A stretch of DNA of 39,032 bases, taken from a virus (lineage: Duplodnaviria > Heunggongvirae > Uroviricota > Caudoviricetes). A program made the position numbers and the translations under genes. Of this stretch, positions 36,810-39,032 are shown piece by piece. How positions within the stretch are numbered: the first letter of the stretch is position 1; every line of letters begins with the position of its first letter. Under the pieces are notes generated by a model. The model saw only the letters and a list, made by a program, of their open reading frames with translations. It ran no database searches and was not told where the DNA came from. The DNA lies in the IMG/VR virus record IMGVR_UViG_649989948_000008, positions 1 through 39,032 of that record, one strand, 5' to 3'.

Positions 36810-36954
36810 TGGAGAGTTCCCTTTGCGTCTATTATTATTGTCTGAAACAACTTGTTTTCTTATATGTGATATAGCCTAAATGCCTACGGCTGCTGTGTAA
36901 AGGTTAAATGGTAGGTGCTGCCTTAGAATTTTTAGGCGAGAATCAATGGCTGTT

Positions 36955-36980
36955 AACAAAAAAGGCGACCGAAGTCGCCT
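36955..36980 (-). terminator. rho-independent terminator upstream of the parA promoter region
   Basis: Stem AGGCGAC/GTCGCCT with loop CGAA and a T-run on the minus strand. Confidence 0.55.
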
Positions 36981-36985
36981 AATTG

Positions 36986-37738
36986 TTAATCTTTTAGATA
37001 TAAACCAACTGGGGTTCTTGTTTTGCGGGAGATGATAAGTACGATAAATTTCTCAACGTTAACTTGCACCTTATTTGGAAACCAAGAGCTTAATTCTGGA
37101 TCAAGTAACAATCCTCTGTTCCACGGCAAAAAGCCGGTTTCTTTTCCCATCCCATATTCGCCTAACACATCCTCGAACGTCTCAGTTTTTGCGTTGTAAA
37201 TTCTTACATCACCTGTTCGCATTAATGGACCGGCCCAGATTTTTGCGCCAGGAATGGTCTGATTGTAATCACAGACAAGATGTTCGTACCAATGAAGGAG
37301 GAAGCGATACGTGAGGTTGCACAGTCCCCTTTGCCTTATTGCTCTTTCTGTCTCAACACCTGCAATCTGATAGCAGTCAATCTCTACCCCATCCTCGATG
37401 AATGTGTATTCACGCAATGCAATTCTGCCTGCTATCGTGTTTCTGCTCTGATCGAGCATGTCGGAACGCAGAATTGCTTGAATAATGTCCGAATCAGACA
37501 TTCCATCTTCGCCTCTGTCCAGAATGAAGTCCATCAGTTCACCCTGATCTCGTGCTCCAACTTTCTCCATCAGGATATACAGACAGATATCATCATCAGG
37601 CTCGATAATGGTTATTTCGGATATTTTGAAAAGCGATGCTTCGTTGATGAGGTAGCCAAAACGTGAAACGCGAGTTTCCCCACGGTGAGGAAACTCATAA
37701 AGATTTTTAGAGTATGTGCGTTCTAGTGTAGGTGCCAT
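36986..37738 (-). CDS. hypothetical protein (250 aa)
   Basis: ATG start confirmed by hand; no motif recognised. Confidence 0.5.
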   Translation of the reverse strand: MAPTLERTYSKNLYEFPHRGETRVSRFGYLINEASLFKISEITIIEPDDDICLYILMEKVGARDQGELMDFILDRGEDGMSDSDIIQAILRSDMLDQSRNTIAGRIALREYTFIEDGVEIDCYQIAGVETERAIRQRGLCNLTYRFLLHWYEHLVCDYNQTIPGAKIWAGPLMRTGDVRIYNAKTETFEDVLGEYGMGKETGFLPWNRGLLLDPELSSWFPNKVQVNVEKFIVLIISRKTRTPVGLYLKD

Positions 37739-38106
37739 CTTAGAGCAGTACCATCAGCAGTTGTATTGCTGACAATGCTACCATGAGTATTAAGAAAGCG
37801 GCGAATTGCACTCTCAATAATTTCAGAGAATTGGTCACTAAACCGTGCTAATTCAGGGTATTGTTTTGCTGGCTTCACAATGAAACGAACACGATCGTTC
37901 AGGAAAATCGCTTCAGCCAACGGTTTTACACTGGCACCAGCATTCTCAACATCGTCTTTGAAAGTTACGATGAAGCGAGTGTCTTTTGGCGCAGTCGCAT
38001 CGTTGTTAAGTTTACGCACCTCAAGTTTGCGCTTATTCAGCACATGAGTTGCGATAACACTCGTGCAATCGCGAATTGTTTGTATAGAACGTTTTTCGTT
38101 CAGCAT
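37723..38106 (-). CDS. hypothetical protein (127 aa)
   Basis: ATG start; 16-nt overlap with the downstream gene. Confidence 0.45.
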   Translation of the reverse strand: MLNEKRSIQTIRDCTSVIATHVLNKRKLEVRKLNNDATAPKDTRFIVTFKDDVENAGASVKPLAEAIFLNDRVRFIVKPAKQYPELARFSDQFSEIIESAIRRFLNTHGSIVSNTTADGTALRWHLH

Positions 38107-38283
38107 GTGTCCACCTTAGCCGGTATTAACTTAATGTCATAGCGGCAACCCTTGTCAGGGTTTAGAGGCTACGAGTATGCGTCGCAGCATTAATGCAAGG
38201 GATGATTTACTTGACATCCATGTGCCAAATCTACCTTGTGCTCTAATAATATGCAAATTTTATGTTAGAAAACTCCTCTTCTG

Positions 38284-38514
38284 TTATGGTACTTTTCTGC
38301 CCCATCCACACAATCGCTCCCCTATCATATTGTGAAAAAGCACCTCTCTTTCAGTCTCTTCTGTCATGAGATCATCACGGCTGATGTATAGCGGTGTAGC
38401 CGCATCGCAGAAAAGCACACCAGCGGGTTGAGGCTTAATCACGCAACCACTTATTGTGCAACTCATGATGAACAGTAGAAGCATCCTTGCTCCGTAACTC
38501 ATCAAGTGTTTCAT
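38284..38514 (-). CDS. small lipoprotein, possible o-spanin (Rz1-like)
   Basis: Lipobox ISGC after a hydrophobic leader; gene begins inside the 3' end of the upstream membrane protein gene in another frame. Confidence 0.35.
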   Translation of the reverse strand: MKHLMSYGARMLLLFIMSCTISGCVIKPQPAGVLFCDAATPLYISRDDLMTEETEREVLFHNMIGERLCGWGRKVP

Positions 38515-38686
38515 TTTTGACGTCCAATGTGCTTTGAAGTCGTTTCCTGTCTTCCTGTTTTGCCTTCTCTTCTATTGCTCGTCGCGCCGCATTTCCGCCC
38601 ATCGTGTAAGCGCCGACCAGAACGAAAAGAACGGCAGCCAGCGTAATCAAAGCAACTTTTAGCTTTGTCATCAGGCTGCCTAGCAT
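38435..38686 (-). CDS. single-pass membrane protein with charged helical tail, possible i-spanin (Rz-like) or holin-type protein
   Basis: N-terminal TM (KLKVALITLAAVLFVLVGAY) followed by EEKAKQEDRKRLQSTLDVKNETLDELR; overlaps the lipoprotein gene by 80 bp. Confidence 0.35.
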   Translation of the reverse strand: MLGSLMTKLKVALITLAAVLFVLVGAYTMGGNAARRAIEEKAKQEDRKRLQSTLDVKNETLDELRSKDASTVHHELHNKWLRD

Positions 38687-38687
38687 A

Positions 38688-39032
38688 TTAGACCATCCCT
38701 TTCTGGTGTTTTCTTACCTGCGACCAGGCAATGAATCCTGCCACAACAATAGTGGCAATACCGAAGATGATGCGTACTGTATCCCCGCTAGAGATATGAC
38801 CTTGTGCTTTATCCATAGCAGCGGAAACCTGCGGCATAACATCGGCCAGCTGCGCCAGACCAATACCTGCTGTAACAGTTGCGCCTGCAGTTTCTTTAGT
38901 TACAGGAACAGCCTTCACGGTTTTCACCGGCTTAACAACGCCAGCTCGACGCAGACCTTCCTCAATAACTTCTGCCGCATACCAGGTGTTCAGCGTTTTT
39001 AGCGGGCCTCGACCATTCTCGTGGCGAATGAT
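38688..39032 (-). CDS. lysis-associated protein with C-terminal transmembrane helix, partial (5' end beyond window)
   Basis: The reading frame stays open to the window edge upstream of the GTG that the track uses as start; C-terminal hydrophobic helix IIFGIATIVVAGFIAW; directly upstream of the spanin-like pair. Confidence 0.3.
   Translation of the reverse strand: MIRHENGRGPLKTLNTWYAAEVIEEGLRRAGVVKPVKTVKAVPVTKETAGATVTAGIGLAQLADVMPQVSAAMDKAQGHISSGDTVRIIFGIATIVVAGFIAWSQVRKHQKGMV

Overview
This window looks like a ~39 kb segment of a P1-like or SSU5/pHCM2-like phage-plasmid, almost entirely coded on the minus strand. That family assignment is inference from gene content and motifs; no database search or tool was run, and all coordinates were hand-indexed. 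It carries a P1-type replicon (RepA flanked by iteron arrays, with tandem DnaA boxes and a GATC cluster), a ParA plus small ParB-like partition pair, a tyrosine recombinase beside a lox-like palindrome, and four tRNAs. The DNA-metabolism genes are T4-like: a RecA-like recombinase interrupted by a LAGLIDADG intein, a gp32-like SSB, a 5'-3' exonuclease, a DnaE polymerase split in two by an HNH homing-endonuclease gene, DnaB-like helicase, TOPRIM primase and ATP-dependent ligase. The left edge holds an IS66-family end that truncates an SbcC-like gene; the right edge holds a probable lysis cassette. The best candidates for an undescribed system are the accessory island between the recombinase and the tRNAs (an HNH-type nuclease-domain protein with an adjacent lipoprotein), a stand-alone GIY-YIG protein, a CobS/CobT-like AAA+/vWA pair, and two families of recurring intergenic motifs suggesting element-wide regulons.
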